64,000 nucleotides of DNA from an uncultured Paenibacillus sp. (GCA_937895345.1 CALAWP010000011.1:24982-88981), one strand, 5' to 3'. Numbered from the stretch's first letter, positions 38,595 to 49,637 are shown. A program made the numbers and translations. Notes: generated from the letters alone by a model not told the origin.

Positions 38595-39476
38595 CTACGG
38601 CTTTTCCTCTTCCGTTTCCGGCGGCAGCAATATAATTTTGCCTTCGTCCAGCTCCACCCGCAGCTTGTTGCTGTTGCCTACGCCGATGGAATCGAGGTAT
38701 GATGCCGGCACCTGCAGCCTGCCGGCCTTGTCGAGAATGGCGTATTCGACGTGTTTGCTTTCCTCCTGCTCCAGCTCGGCCAGCTCTTCCCGATAGGAGC
38801 GTTCGCGAAGCATTTCCGACGAAATCTTGCCGTCGCGAATCGCCGCCACCCGGTCCACCTTCTTGGCCAGCTCCGGATCATGCGTTACGATGACGATCGT
38901 AATGCCGATCGAGCGATTAAGCTCCCGGAACAAATCCAATATCTGATTCGACATCTTGCTGTCGACCGAGCCGGTCGGCTCGTCGGCCAGCAGCAGCCGC
39001 GGATGGTTGGCCAGCGCGATCGCGATGGCGACGCGCTGCTGCTCCCCGCCCGACAGCTCATACAGCTTGTTGTGCTGCCGGTGGCTCAGCCCGACCGCGT
39101 CGAGCAGCTCCTTCGCCCGCCACCGCTTGCGTCGGCCCGTCAGCAGAATGGGCAGCTCCACGTTTTCCAGCGCCGTCAAATAAGGAACGAGATTTCGCGC
39201 GTTGTTTTGCCAGACGAAGCCGACCGATTCCCGCTTGTAGCGAACCAGGTCCCGCTCCTTGAATTTGAGCATATCCTTGCCGTCGACGATCAGCTTGCCC
39301 GCCGTCGGACGGTCCAATCCGCCCAGCATATTGAGCAAGGTCGACTTGCCGCTGCCGCTGTTGCCGATAATCGCCATCAGCTCTCCCGCCTCGACCTGAA
39401 GATCCAGCCCTTGCAGGGCGAATACTTCCAGATCGGCGGTCTTGTATATTTTGACCAATCCTTCGCAATGGATCAT
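38595..39476 (-). CDS. ABC ATPase (LolD/MacB-like) with a C-terminal AbrB-like extension
   Basis: GNSGSGKST, LSGGEQQR, LLADEPTG; C-terminal ILDKAGRLQVP..LDEGKIIL. Confidence 0.9.
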   Translation of the reverse strand: MIHCEGLVKIYKTADLEVFALQGLDLQVEAGELMAIIGNSGSGKSTLLNMLGGLDRPTAGKLIVDGKDMLKFKERDLVRYKRESVGFVWQNNARNLVPYLTALENVELPILLTGRRKRWRAKELLDAVGLSHRQHNKLYELSGGEQQRVAIAIALANHPRLLLADEPTGSVDSKMSNQILDLFRELNRSIGITIVIVTHDPELAKKVDRVAAIRDGKISSEMLRERSYREELAELEQEESKHVEYAILDKAGRLQVPASYLDSIGVGNSNKLRVELDEGKIILLPPETEEEKP

Positions 39477-39479
39477 CCT

Positions 39480-42362
39480 TTAGTCCTCCCCCAGCTTGAG
39501 CGCCTGATGTACCCGGAGACGGGACAGCATATAAGCCAGTATGCACAAGCCGACCGCCAGCATAATGCCGACCAGCAAATAGATGCGCAAGAAATCCAGC
39601 GACTCGAACTTGACGAAAAACGGCGGAACGAGGCTGCTTGGATTAAACGCGATTTGCAGGCTCGGCACATAAAGCCGGCTTGCCGCGTTGCCGATCAGCA
39701 CGCCCAGCAGCACGCCTACTCCCGAGGTAAGCGCCTGCTCCGACACGAGCATGGCGATCAAATTTTTGAGCGAAAGCCCGATCGCCCGCAATATGCCGTT
39801 CTGCAGCGCCCGGCCCCGCAGCGTCAAAATCCAGTACAGCAAAAATCCGGCGAAGCTGACCAGAATGGACAAGACGAAGCCTAACGTCAACACGCCGTTC
39901 AACGCAAGGATAAACGGATCGTTTTTGGCCCGGATCAGTTCGTCCCGCGTATTGACGATGCGATGGATATTCAAGCTCGCTTCCTCGATACCTTCGTACA
40001 GCTCCCCGACCGCAGCGCCTTCCTCCAGCTTCAGCCAGACGTCGTAAGGCTCGATCGCGAGCTGCACCTGAATTTTCGGCAGATGGCCCACGATCAGCAT
40101 CGGCGCGTTGTCGGCCTTCGCGTTTGCGACGGTGCCTGTCGGCGGATTCGGATTGAACGTCGGGAAGTAGTCGATGATGCCGAAGACGGTGAACGGCTGC
40201 TGCGGCACATCCTCCCAGCCGATCCATATGACGTCGCCCGCTTTCACGTCACGCTGATCCGCCAGCGTGCGCGAGATGAGCACCGCGTTCGAGTCGGCCG
40301 CCATCAAATTCAAATATTCGTTCAGCGAATAATCGAGCAAGCCGTCGCGGAACCAGGTCGTCATGCCGAACTCGTCGCTGTCGATGCCGATCAGCGTCGC
40401 CTGGCCGGACTTTTGATTCACGTAAAACCCGACGTTCGATTTCGTGAAGACGCGGGCCGCATGCTCGACGCCCGGAAGCTCCTTGTAAGGATCGAACGGC
40501 GGCTCCAAATAATTGACGCGGGAAGGTCTGCCCTCCTGCTGCGAGCCTCCTCCAGGCGGCCCGGATCCGCCCGGACCGCTCGGCGGAGGCGCATCGTTGA
40601 CCCAGTTGGCGCTGGCGATGACATCCGCTCCGTTCGCGTATCGAATCCGGTCCTCGATGTTGTCGTTGATCGTGCGCGCCGCCGAAGCGCTGAACACGCC
40701 GGTCGCGATGGTCATGACGAGGAAGATCATCAGAAACTGGTATTGGCTGCTCGAACGGCTGACCTGAATCAGCGTGGCGTACAAGGACGGCGACCACCAT
40801 TTGCGGCCGATAAAATAAACGAGTCTCAGCACCCACGGATACAGCCGCAGAAGGAGCAGCCCGGCTCCCATAATAAAGAGCGCGGGAACGACGAATTGCA
40901 GCGGATCGATATGCAAATCTTCCGTGTTCAACCCGAGCGCCTGCAAATCGTCCATTCGTTTGTTGAACGTATACAGGCCGTAAAAAGCCAGCGCCAGCGT
41001 AATGACGTCCAGAAACATTTTGTGCCAGAGCGGCGTCTTCCCCATCCGGGCCATCTGCTGCTTATGATTGACGATCGACACCCTCGTCGCCATAATGATC
41101 GGGATAATGACGATGACCAGGCACGCGCCCGCGGCCATCGCCGCATATTGGTACGATTCGACCGTAATGCGGACCGGCAGCCTGACGCGCTGCACAAACT
41201 CGAGAAACCCGTTGGATGCGCCGAGAACCTCGGTCAGCATCGCTCCGAGCAGCGGGCCGACCGCAAATGCCGCGCCGCACAGCAACGCCCCTTCCACCAT
41301 ATAGGAAGCGATAATTTGCCAGCGGGCGGCACCCCGGCTCCGAATGACGGCAATTTCGTTCGCTTGTCTTCCGGCAATCAGGTTCGAAACCATGAACATA
41401 TAGAAGCCGAGCATAAGAAGCACCGGAGCGTTAAGCGCCCAAATCAACGTGCTCAGGCGCTGGGCCCGCTCGCCGTAGGTCGAAATCGTATTTAAAGCCG
41501 TTGCCTCGAACGAAAGCTGGAACTGCGGAGCCTGCCGCAAGGCCGCCTTTTGAATGGCGTCGTGATTGTTCAAGTATTCGTCCACATGACGCATTTCGAT
41601 GACGTTATATTCCAGCACCGTATGCCAGCTGACATACGCCGGGTCCAGGCGGGATTCCTCAAACAGCTGCTGCCTCGCCAGCTCGTACGGAATAATGAAC
41701 CCGGACCGCAAATCGGCCAGGCTGGCGTTGCGGAAGAAAGGATCGTCGTCCTCCTTCTTCTCGAACGTGCCGACCGGCTTCAGCTTGATCGTCTCGGTCA
41801 CGCTGTTGTCCTCGACGGTATACACTTTGCCGAGCACGGCCTTCACGTAGCCAAGCGCCTGCGGCGTCACCAGCACTTCATAGACGCCGTCGACCGGCTG
41901 AGCGGCCGGCATGCGCCCGTCCAGCAGCGTGATATGGTCCTCCAGTCCGGCTATGCCCTTAATCGATACGGATTTGAGCGTATTCGCGGGCTGATCCGGC
42001 TGGTCCTCCGGCCGGATCTTCATCATTCTGGAGCCTACCTCCGTCACCAGCTCGCGCACCGGCAACTGGAAGCCCGGAGCGCCTTGCTCGCGCATGAACG
42101 CTTCAAGCCGGTTAAACTTCTCGTTGCGCTGCTCCGGCGTTTCCTTCATAAACGAAAGACGGACGGCATACGCTCCCGGATATACGTTTTTGTCCAGCTG
42201 CAGCTGCTCCAAATCCTTCTTGATCATGCGCGACATGACCGCCTCCGAATAGATCGGAATGCTGCTGACCAGCGCGACGGATATGGCAATGCCGGCAAAT
42301 AAGCTGGCGACCAGCCATTTGTTCTGCACCATCTTGCGCAATATCATAATAAATAAGGCCAT
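39480..42362 (-). CDS. Large FtsX/MacB-like ABC permease (960 aa, two FtsX domains)
   Basis: EIAVIRSRGA and ILRAIGLS FtsX motifs; two large extracellular loops. Confidence 0.88.
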   Translation of the reverse strand: MALFIMILRKMVQNKWLVASLFAGIAISVALVSSIPIYSEAVMSRMIKKDLEQLQLDKNVYPGAYAVRLSFMKETPEQRNEKFNRLEAFMREQGAPGFQLPVRELVTEVGSRMMKIRPEDQPDQPANTLKSVSIKGIAGLEDHITLLDGRMPAAQPVDGVYEVLVTPQALGYVKAVLGKVYTVEDNSVTETIKLKPVGTFEKKEDDDPFFRNASLADLRSGFIIPYELARQQLFEESRLDPAYVSWHTVLEYNVIEMRHVDEYLNNHDAIQKAALRQAPQFQLSFEATALNTISTYGERAQRLSTLIWALNAPVLLMLGFYMFMVSNLIAGRQANEIAVIRSRGAARWQIIASYMVEGALLCGAAFAVGPLLGAMLTEVLGASNGFLEFVQRVRLPVRITVESYQYAAMAAGACLVIVIIPIIMATRVSIVNHKQQMARMGKTPLWHKMFLDVITLALAFYGLYTFNKRMDDLQALGLNTEDLHIDPLQFVVPALFIMGAGLLLLRLYPWVLRLVYFIGRKWWSPSLYATLIQVSRSSSQYQFLMIFLVMTIATGVFSASAARTINDNIEDRIRYANGADVIASANWVNDAPPPSGPGGSGPPGGGSQQEGRPSRVNYLEPPFDPYKELPGVEHAARVFTKSNVGFYVNQKSGQATLIGIDSDEFGMTTWFRDGLLDYSLNEYLNLMAADSNAVLISRTLADQRDVKAGDVIWIGWEDVPQQPFTVFGIIDYFPTFNPNPPTGTVANAKADNAPMLIVGHLPKIQVQLAIEPYDVWLKLEEGAAVGELYEGIEEASLNIHRIVNTRDELIRAKNDPFILALNGVLTLGFVLSILVSFAGFLLYWILTLRGRALQNGILRAIGLSLKNLIAMLVSEQALTSGVGVLLGVLIGNAASRLYVPSLQIAFNPSSLVPPFFVKFESLDFLRIYLLVGIMLAVGLCILAYMLSRLRVHQALKLGED

Positions 42363-42424
42363 TAACCATTAACCTCCCGGGCATTGCTTCGCCGCCAAGC
42401 GGCGCAATCGCTTTCAACTATCCA

Positions 42425-43477
42425 TTAAGGCATCACGACCAGGTCGCCTTCGTTCAGACCGTTCACGATTTCGACTTGCGTCGTGCCGGTAAGACCCGGC
42501 TCCACGTCGACCTCGCGCACCTTGTCGCCATCCTCCAGCACGCGGACGAACGTTCTTCCCAGATACGAACGCAAGCCGCTGCGGGGAATGATCAGCACGT
42601 CCTTGCGCTCCTCCAGCAGCAGGCGGACATCGATGCGGGTACCAAGCTCCGCTTCCTCCGGCAGCTGATCCGATTCTACGAAAATAAAGCGGGAATACCG
42701 TTCGCGCAGCCTTTCGTCGACCGTTTCGGGCGCGCTCGACGGCGTCTGGGTCACCTTGCCTTCGAACTCCTTGTCGCCCATCTTGAGCAGCGCCTTGAAG
42801 CCGATGCCTACATTAAACAAGTCGGGAGAGCTTTCTACCTGGAACGCGATGCGCAGCTTGGCCGGATCCGAGATCATGACCAGCGTCTGATAAGACTCCA
42901 CCACGTCGCCTTCCTTCAAGTCCGCGACGAACGTCACTTGGCCGTCGATGCCCGCCACGAGCCTCCGGCTCAGGAAAGCTTCCTCCAGCCGATCGTATTT
43001 GATTTGCTCGATATCGTATTGCAGCTGGGCGATCCGAAGAGCATCCTCGTCTCCCGACAGCTTCGCCGTCCGGAGCGCCGTTCTGGACCGCAGCAAGTTG
43101 ATTTCCAGCTGCTTCAGCTCGATATCCATGTTGCCTACGTCAAGCTGCACAAGGACGTCGCCCTTCTTCACCGTATCGCCGGCCTTCACCAGCACTTCCT
43201 CGATGCGCCCCCCCGCCGCTTCAAAAAAAACGGCTTCGGACGAATACGACTCTACCGCTCCATTGCCTCTAATCTCCTTGGAAATATCTCCTCTCACCGT
43301 TTCTACGGTGCTGTACTCCTGCTGCGGAGGCTTGACGAGCGGCGGCTTCAGCCCTTCTTCTTCTGCGGGCAGGAGCGAGCAGCCGGTCAGCGCCAGCATG
43401 CAAACCATGGCCATCCAAAAGCTGTTCCTAAGGCTACGACGGGTTGACAATGTGTCCATCCTCCAATTCATATACAT
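42425..43477 (-). CDS. Membrane-fusion/periplasmic adaptor-like lipoprotein (HlyD/MacA family)
   Basis: Lipobox LTGC; VKAGDTVKKGDVLVQLD; coiled coil; VEIVNGLNEGDLVV. Confidence 0.88.
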   Translation of the reverse strand: MYMNWRMDTLSTRRSLRNSFWMAMVCMLALTGCSLLPAEEEGLKPPLVKPPQQEYSTVETVRGDISKEIRGNGAVESYSSEAVFFEAAGGRIEEVLVKAGDTVKKGDVLVQLDVGNMDIELKQLEINLLRSRTALRTAKLSGDEDALRIAQLQYDIEQIKYDRLEEAFLSRRLVAGIDGQVTFVADLKEGDVVESYQTLVMISDPAKLRIAFQVESSPDLFNVGIGFKALLKMGDKEFEGKVTQTPSSAPETVDERLRERYSRFIFVESDQLPEEAELGTRIDVRLLLEERKDVLIIPRSGLRSYLGRTFVRVLEDGDKVREVDVEPGLTGTTQVEIVNGLNEGDLVVMP

Positions 43478-44126
43478 AATCGACGATTTCCATAATGGCA
43501 GGATCGTGCGTCGTCATGACGATGGTCATGCCGGTCGATTCCACGAGCTGGCGAAACACTTTCATAATTTGCAAGCCGGTGCGGCTGTCGAGCTCCGCCG
43601 TCGGCTCGTCAGCCAGCAGCAGCCGCGGCTTATGGGCGATCGCCCTCGCAATGGCGGTACGCTGCTGCTCTCCGCCCGACAATTCGAACGGCCTGTGATG
43701 CATGCGCGAGGTCAGTCCGACCTGCTCCAGCGCCAATAGAGCCGCCTCCTTCCGCTCTCTGGCGGGAATGCCGGCGACCCTCAGCACGAACTCGATATTT
43801 TCGTAGGCTGACATAAGCGGGATGAGCGCAAAAGATTGAAAGACGAGTCCCATCCGCTTGCGCCGGATTTCGTCGCGCTCCTTGTTCGAGATGGCGGTCA
43901 GGTCGACGCCTTCGAACATGACTTGGCCTTCGCTTGGCCGGTCGAGCGCGCTAAGCAAGTTGATCAGCGTCGTCTTCCCCGATCCGGACCTGCCCTTAAA
44001 AGCGACAAGCCTGCCGGCGGAAATCGACAAATTGACGCCCTTCAAAACGTTGACCGCATTCGATCCTCGGCCGAACGTTCGTTTTAAAGCGCTTGCAACA
44101 ATAATATCTTCCGTTGCTTCCAGCAA
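43434..44126 (-). CDS. ABC ATPase (LolD/MacB-like)
   Basis: GRSGSGKTT, LSGGEQQR, LLADEPT. Confidence 0.92.
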   Translation of the reverse strand: MLEATEDIIVASALKRTFGRGSNAVNVLKGVNLSISAGRLVAFKGRSGSGKTTLINLLSALDRPSEGQVMFEGVDLTAISNKERDEIRRKRMGLVFQSFALIPLMSAYENIEFVLRVAGIPARERKEAALLALEQVGLTSRMHHRPFELSGGEQQRTAIARAIAHKPRLLLADEPTAELDSRTGLQIMKVFRQLVESTGMTIVMTTHDPAIMEIVDYVYELEDGHIVNPS

Positions 44127-44240
44127 AATGAACGCCCCTCCATTTGGTATCTTCTTTTTACCATACTAGCATTGCCGTGGAAAACGAGCAACGGTAGAGA
44201 CGGTAAATTTTCGAACAAATAAATGGAAGGGGCTGCCGGA

Positions 44241-45173
44241 TTACAGTTCGATTCTTAGCAGAAAGATGACAGCCGTTACGGTCAGCACGCTGACGAGCGT
44301 CGAAACGAACACCGATTGGGAGGCAAACTCCTTCTCGTTGTCGAATTCCACCGCCAGCAGCACGCTGCTGAGCGAGGTCGGCACGGCCGACGATACGATC
44401 AAGGCGGCGGAGGTCAGCTTGTCCAATCCCATCAGCGAGACGATGAGCCAGGCCAGCAGCGGGCCGGCGACCAGCCTCAGCACCGCGGAAAGGGTGACGT
44501 CGGCAAGCAGGGACCGATTGATCCGCCATTCCATATTGCCCAATTGCACCCCCAGCGTCAGCAGCGCCGTGCCGATAAAGGCGTCCGACAAATAGCCGAT
44601 CGGAGTCGCCGCAAAGGACGGAACAGGCACCTCCAAGCCGCGCAGCAGAAACGCGAGCGGAATGACATAGATGACGGGCATGGAGACGATCGTTTTCCAT
44701 ACCTGCCTCATATCGGCCTTATGCGCGTTGACGCTGTAGATGCCGTAGGTGTTCGGCACGAGCGACTGCACCATCATGACGATAATTTGAACGGCCATCG
44801 TCACCGGGTTGCCCGCAAAGACGAGCTGGTTCAACGGGACAGCGTAGTTGGCGCTGTTGTAGAACAGAACGCTGTTGCGCATCGCGCTCTTCATGCCGGG
44901 CGAATACTTTCGAAGCCGAATCACCGGTTCGACGATCGCAAATTGCGCCGCCATAAACAGCAGCAGAAACAGGAGCACCCAGCCAATCATGCCGGCGGAA
45001 ATGTCGGTTTCATAGATTAAGGTAAACATAATGGCAGGCGAAAACAAATAGAAGTTCAGCTTGGAAAGCGTCTTGATGTCGAGAGCAAACGCCTTCTGCA
45101 TCACAATGCCCAGCGCGATCAGAATGCCCATGGGTAATACGTTAGTAACCAGGATGTGAAAAAAGATGCCCAT
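44241..45173 (-). CDS. AEC (auxin efflux carrier) family transporter
   Basis: About 10 TM; NSANYAVPL, LLTLGVQL, RLVAGP, AVPT. Confidence 0.85.
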   Translation of the reverse strand: MGIFFHILVTNVLPMGILIALGIVMQKAFALDIKTLSKLNFYLFSPAIMFTLIYETDISAGMIGWVLLFLLLFMAAQFAIVEPVIRLRKYSPGMKSAMRNSVLFYNSANYAVPLNQLVFAGNPVTMAVQIIVMMVQSLVPNTYGIYSVNAHKADMRQVWKTIVSMPVIYVIPLAFLLRGLEVPVPSFAATPIGYLSDAFIGTALLTLGVQLGNMEWRINRSLLADVTLSAVLRLVAGPLLAWLIVSLMGLDKLTSAALIVSSAVPTSLSSVLLAVEFDNEKEFASQSVFVSTLVSVLTVTAVIFLLRIEL

Positions 45174-45207
45174 AGTCGAAATCTTCCTCTTTCTCTCATT
45201 TTAAACT

Positions 45208-46134
45208 TTAAAACAGTCTCATCAGAATCATGCCGGCCAGGGCGACGACAATGCCGGCCAGCTCGGTAGGCTTGAACTTTTCCTTGACGACGAATCGGGT
45301 ATAAAACAAAATGATGAGCACGTTCAGCGCGACAACGGCCGAAACGAGCCCCGCTTTGCCCAGCTCGAAAGCGGTGACGATCAGCATCATGCCGACGGCG
45401 TTTGTCGTGCCGATCGCCATGCCGACCGCGAAGGTGCGTCCCGGGCTCCATGGCCCGGCCGGCCTGCGCTTCAGCGGCTCTCCCGCGGGAGCTTCCGAGG
45501 CCGCCGACGTTTCGCTGACGGACAGGCCGGCGGCGGTCGCGCGCTCCTTGCGCAAGTCGGACAGCCACCATAACCCGAAGCAGATCGTTCCGGTCACGAA
45601 CATGCATACCATCGTCGGAAAAAGCGGCGCCTCCATAATCGTCGACCATTTGCCCGACAGGTCGTTCGCCGCAAACAGAAGCATAGCCAGCAGCCCCCAA
45701 TGCGCCCCTTGCAAATTGCGCAGCGACAGGTCGCTGGAATAACGGACCAGCAGCACGCCGGCTATAATGACCGCAAACGCGGCCAGCTGCATGCCGGTCA
45801 CTTGCTCGTTCCATAACAAATAGGCGGCCAGCACGACGACGACCGAAGGAAGCGCCGTCAGCACCGCTACGAGGGATGCTTTGCCTACCGCAAATCCTTT
45901 GAACATGCTTGCATTGGCGCTGAACGAGAACAGTCCCATCTGAACGCCGATCAAGCAGGCGGCCGTCCATTCGGACTGCGCCGCAACGGCGCAGACCAGA
46001 TTCAGAACCGCCCCCATCGCAAACGTTCCGCACAGCAGCAAATTCCGGTTAACCGGCTTTTGGCTCATCCAATGGTAGAACACACCCCGCAAACCAAATC
46101 CGACGGCCGCCAACACCGCATACATGAGCCACAT
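45208..46134 (-). CDS. DMT/EamA family transporter
   Basis: About 10 TM in two repeated halves (GKASLVAVL / GKAGLVSAV). Confidence 0.8.
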   Translation of the reverse strand: MWLMYAVLAAVGFGLRGVFYHWMSQKPVNRNLLLCGTFAMGAVLNLVCAVAAQSEWTAACLIGVQMGLFSFSANASMFKGFAVGKASLVAVLTALPSVVVVLAAYLLWNEQVTGMQLAAFAVIIAGVLLVRYSSDLSLRNLQGAHWGLLAMLLFAANDLSGKWSTIMEAPLFPTMVCMFVTGTICFGLWWLSDLRKERATAAGLSVSETSAASEAPAGEPLKRRPAGPWSPGRTFAVGMAIGTTNAVGMMLIVTAFELGKAGLVSAVVALNVLIILFYTRFVVKEKFKPTELAGIVVALAGMILMRLF

Positions 46135-46295
46135 CGCTGTCCATACCCCTCTTCAAAGTCCGCTCGTTTTCAACACTCCCCATCATAGCATTAAAACCCG
46201 CGTTTGGGGGCATCATTTTTCACCGAATCCAACTGGCAACAGGGCAACGGGGCGGCAATCATGGCCTTGCAGCGGCGTCAGCGCGTACCCGAATA

Positions 46296-47135
46296 TTAAT
46301 TGCGCCCGTGCAGCCGCCGGTAGGCTGCCGGCGACTGGCCTTCCGAACGGCGGAACAGCCGGATGAAATAGCTGGTTTGCGCAAATCCGCAGCTTCCGGC
46401 AATCTCCTTGACGCTCATCTCCGAGGAGACGAGCAGCTGCCTGCCCAGCGTAATGCGGCATTCCGTCAAAAACCGGTTCGGCGTCTTCCCCATCGCGCCC
46501 CGGAACATTCGGACAAAGTGATACGGGCTGTACCCGGCCAGCTCCGCCATCCGCTCCAGGCTCCAATCCTCGCCGCAGCGGCTGCGAATGACGTCCGCCG
46601 CGTGCCGCAGCGCGCTTCTTTTTTCCAAAGCCGGCGCATGCTCCAGCCTGACGGCATGGGCGGACAGCAAGGCTAGTATTTCGTACAGCAGGGCGGACAG
46701 CCGCGGCTCGCTGCCCGTCTCGAACGGCTCCGCCAACCGGTACATTTCGCCCGTCAGCCGCTCTAGGGCTTCCCGGTCCCCGAACGTAAAGAACCATCCT
46801 CCGTATTCGTCCGCCTCGCGCAGCATCGGAAGCGGCATAGCCGTCCGGAAATGAATCCATCGGACATCCCACGGATCGCCCGGGCTGGTGCCGTATTGCT
46901 GGAACGCTTGGCGAGGATATATAAAGCCGTCGCCGCCGCGCAGCTCGATCCGCTCGCCGGCCGCATTGTCCGCATACCCGCTGCCGCCGAACACCAGATG
47001 CAGGTTGTATTCCTCCAACGCGCCGTATTCGCGCCTTTCAGCATGATGCGGAAGCCCGGCGTATCTGCCGAACATGTCCGGATAACAAACGTAGCCCCCG
47101 TACGAAGGCTTGGGCGCTACATAGTGCAGTCTCAT
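46296..47135 (-). CDS. AraC-family regulator, divergent from GH42
   Basis: Cupin-like N-terminus (PWDVRWIHF); YSPYHFVRMF; GFAQTSYFIRLFRR. Confidence 0.92.
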   Translation of the reverse strand: MRLHYVAPKPSYGGYVCYPDMFGRYAGLPHHAERREYGALEEYNLHLVFGGSGYADNAAGERIELRGGDGFIYPRQAFQQYGTSPGDPWDVRWIHFRTAMPLPMLREADEYGGWFFTFGDREALERLTGEMYRLAEPFETGSEPRLSALLYEILALLSAHAVRLEHAPALEKRSALRHAADVIRSRCGEDWSLERMAELAGYSPYHFVRMFRGAMGKTPNRFLTECRITLGRQLLVSSEMSVKEIAGSCGFAQTSYFIRLFRRSEGQSPAAYRRLHGRN

Positions 47136-47283
47136 CGCCGACTCCTTCCGCTGCCCGGCAAGAGCAGCAATATTGTATTACCAATCGCATGATTCTATTA
47201 TATACATGAACAAAAAGCCCAAATACAATAAAAATAATGTTAAGCAAGAGCAAGATTATATCATAATCCAAAGGAGCGGATCG

Positions 47284-49350
47284 ATGATGTCGGCTTTTCC
47301 GGCACTGAACCAACTGACACTGGGCGTTTGCTACTATCCCGAGCATTGGCCCGAAACGATGTGGGAGGACGATTACAAGCGGATGCGCGGGCTCGGCATA
47401 TCGGTCATACGCGTCGCGGAATTCGCTTGGGCGATCTTCGAACCCGAGGAAGGCGTCTTTTCCTTCGAGCTGTTCGACCGGGCGCTCGATCTGGCCCATC
47501 GGCACGGATTGAAGGTTATTATGGGCACGCCGACGGCTACGCCGCCCGCCTGGCTGACGCACAAATATCCCGAAGTGCTGAACGCGACGCACGACGGCGT
47601 GACGATCCGGCACGGCCTGCGGCGTCATTACAACTACAGCAGCCCGAAATACCGCGAGCTCAGCGCGATAATTGTCCGGAAGATGGCCGAGCATTTCAAG
47701 GATCATCCCGCGGTCGTCGGCTGGCAGATCGACAACGAGTTCAACTGCGAGATCGGAGAATTTTATTCCGAAGCCGACCATATCGCCTTCCGCGAATGGC
47801 TGCAGCGGAAATACGGCTCGCTGCAAGCGCTGAACGAGGCTTGGGGCACCGTATTCTGGAGCCAGACCTATACCGACTGGGAGCAGGTCCATCTGTCGCG
47901 CCCGACGCCGGCCGGCAAGCAGCCCAATCCGCATCTGGCGCTCGACGAAAAAAGATTCGTGTCCGACAGCGTCATTTCATACGCCAAGCTTCAAGCGGAT
48001 ATTCTCCGCGAGCTGGCGCCCCGTCATTGGGTGACGACAAACGGCCTGTTCGGCCATCTCGACAACCATCGTATGACGGACGAGCTGCTCGACTTTTTCA
48101 GTTACGATTCCTACCCGCAATTTTCGACTATCCATTTCGATCCGAACGAGGAGAACCCGCTGGCGGACCGCGGCTGGAGCCAGTCTCTCGGCGTCGTGCG
48201 CTCGATTTCGCCGCAATTTTGCGTCATGGAGCAGCAAAGCGGGCCGGGCGGCTGGGTGAACCGGATGGATATGCCATCTCCAAAGCCGGGCCAGATGCGG
48301 CTGTGGACGTACCAGTCCATCGCGCACGGCGCCAACATGGTGCTTTATTTCCGGTGGAGAACGGCGACCTTCGGCCATGAAATGTACTGGCACGGCCTGA
48401 ACGATTACCATAACCGCGACAATCGGCGCCTCCGGGAGGCGGGAACGGTCGGCCGGGAGCTGGCCGCGATCGGCGAGCGGGTCGTATCGACCCGATATTC
48501 CGCCGAGGTCGCCATTGTTCGCGACTACGACAACGAATGGGACGGCGAATACGACGTATGGCACGGTCCGTTCGCCTGGCAAAGCGGCAAAGCCTGGTTC
48601 AAGGCGCTGACGCGCCGCCATATTCCAAGCGATATCTTATATATGCGCGACACGACGACGCTGGAGCAGCTCAAACGGTACAAGCTGCTCGTCTACCCGC
48701 ATCCCGCCATCATGACGGACGCGACGGCGGCGTTGCTGGAGCGCTACGTCCAGGAAGGCGGCACGATCGTCTTCGGCTGCAGAACGGGCTATAAGGACGA
48801 GCGGGGGCAATGCTACATGAGGCCGTTTCCGGGAGCGGCCGCCAAGCTGGCTGGCATAACGGTCGAAGAATTTACGATGATCAAAGGCACCCGCAAGCCG
48901 ACGAGCATGACGTGGCGCGAGGAAGGCCCGGTGCCGCAAGCCGTAACGTCCGCGGACGGCTTTAACGATATTTTGCTGCCTGAATCGTCCGGCGCCGAGG
49001 TTGTCGCCGCGTACAACGACGACTACTATGCAGGCAAGCCTGCGGTGACGCGCCTTGCGTTCGGCAAAGGATCGGCCTGGTATTACGGCGCGGTGTTCAA
49101 CGAAGCGGCGGCAGCGCAAATCATCGCGCGCGCCGGCATCGTTTCGCCCGCGGCCGGCTGGCTGAAGCTTCCGGCCGAAGTGGAGCTGGCCGTCCGCAAG
49201 GATGACGGCGGCGAGCTGTATTTCTTGCTCAATTACGGCGAGGAGCCGGCCCGCATTGAAGTGTCCGTCCCAAGGACCGATTTGCTCACCGGCCGTCCAA
49301 TCGGCGGCCAAGCCGAGCTGGAGCCTTTTGGCGTCATGATTTTGGCATAA
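47284..49350 (+). CDS. GH42 beta-galactosidase
   Basis: AAAGGAG RBS then ATG at 47284; YYPEHW, AEFAW, GTPTATPP, WQIDNEF, VMEQQSG, YFRWR. Confidence 0.93.
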   Translation: MMSAFPALNQLTLGVCYYPEHWPETMWEDDYKRMRGLGISVIRVAEFAWAIFEPEEGVFSFELFDRALDLAHRHGLKVIMGTPTATPPAWLTHKYPEVLNATHDGVTIRHGLRRHYNYSSPKYRELSAIIVRKMAEHFKDHPAVVGWQIDNEFNCEIGEFYSEADHIAFREWLQRKYGSLQALNEAWGTVFWSQTYTDWEQVHLSRPTPAGKQPNPHLALDEKRFVSDSVISYAKLQADILRELAPRHWVTTNGLFGHLDNHRMTDELLDFFSYDSYPQFSTIHFDPNEENPLADRGWSQSLGVVRSISPQFCVMEQQSGPGGWVNRMDMPSPKPGQMRLWTYQSIAHGANMVLYFRWRTATFGHEMYWHGLNDYHNRDNRRLREAGTVGRELAAIGERVVSTRYSAEVAIVRDYDNEWDGEYDVWHGPFAWQSGKAWFKALTRRHIPSDILYMRDTTTLEQLKRYKLLVYPHPAIMTDATAALLERYVQEGGTIVFGCRTGYKDERGQCYMRPFPGAAAKLAGITVEEFTMIKGTRKPTSMTWREEGPVPQAVTSADGFNDILLPESSGAEVVAAYNDDYYAGKPAVTRLAFGKGSAWYYGAVFNEAAAAQIIARAGIVSPAAGWLKLPAEVELAVRKDDGGELYFLLNYGEEPARIEVSVPRTDLLTGRPIGGQAELEPFGVMILA

Positions 49351-49353
49351 TCC

Positions 49354-49403
49354 GCGCGGCGGAACAGCACCACCAAGGTGCGTGTTCCGCCGCGTTTTTT
49401 TTC
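49354..49403 (+). terminator. Terminator after GH42
   Basis: GCGGCGGAACA..TGTTCCGCCGC followed by a T run. Confidence 0.8.
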
Positions 49404-49637
49404 TGATCCACCTCCGTCTATTTCCCGCTTCCTACAACCCTTCTGCAAACCTGCAGCAACAATGACCCTTTTTCCAATTTGTCCGCCCCCGTCCACACAC
49501 CGCGGTTAGGCGTCTCCGTCTCTGGACCGATAAAATATCCGGCTTCAAGCCGTAGTGATCGGACGGCATTTCGGTACAATGGAATGAGTAACGGCGTTGA
49601 CACGCCAAATCCATTCTTGCAAGGAGTGTTGACCAAG

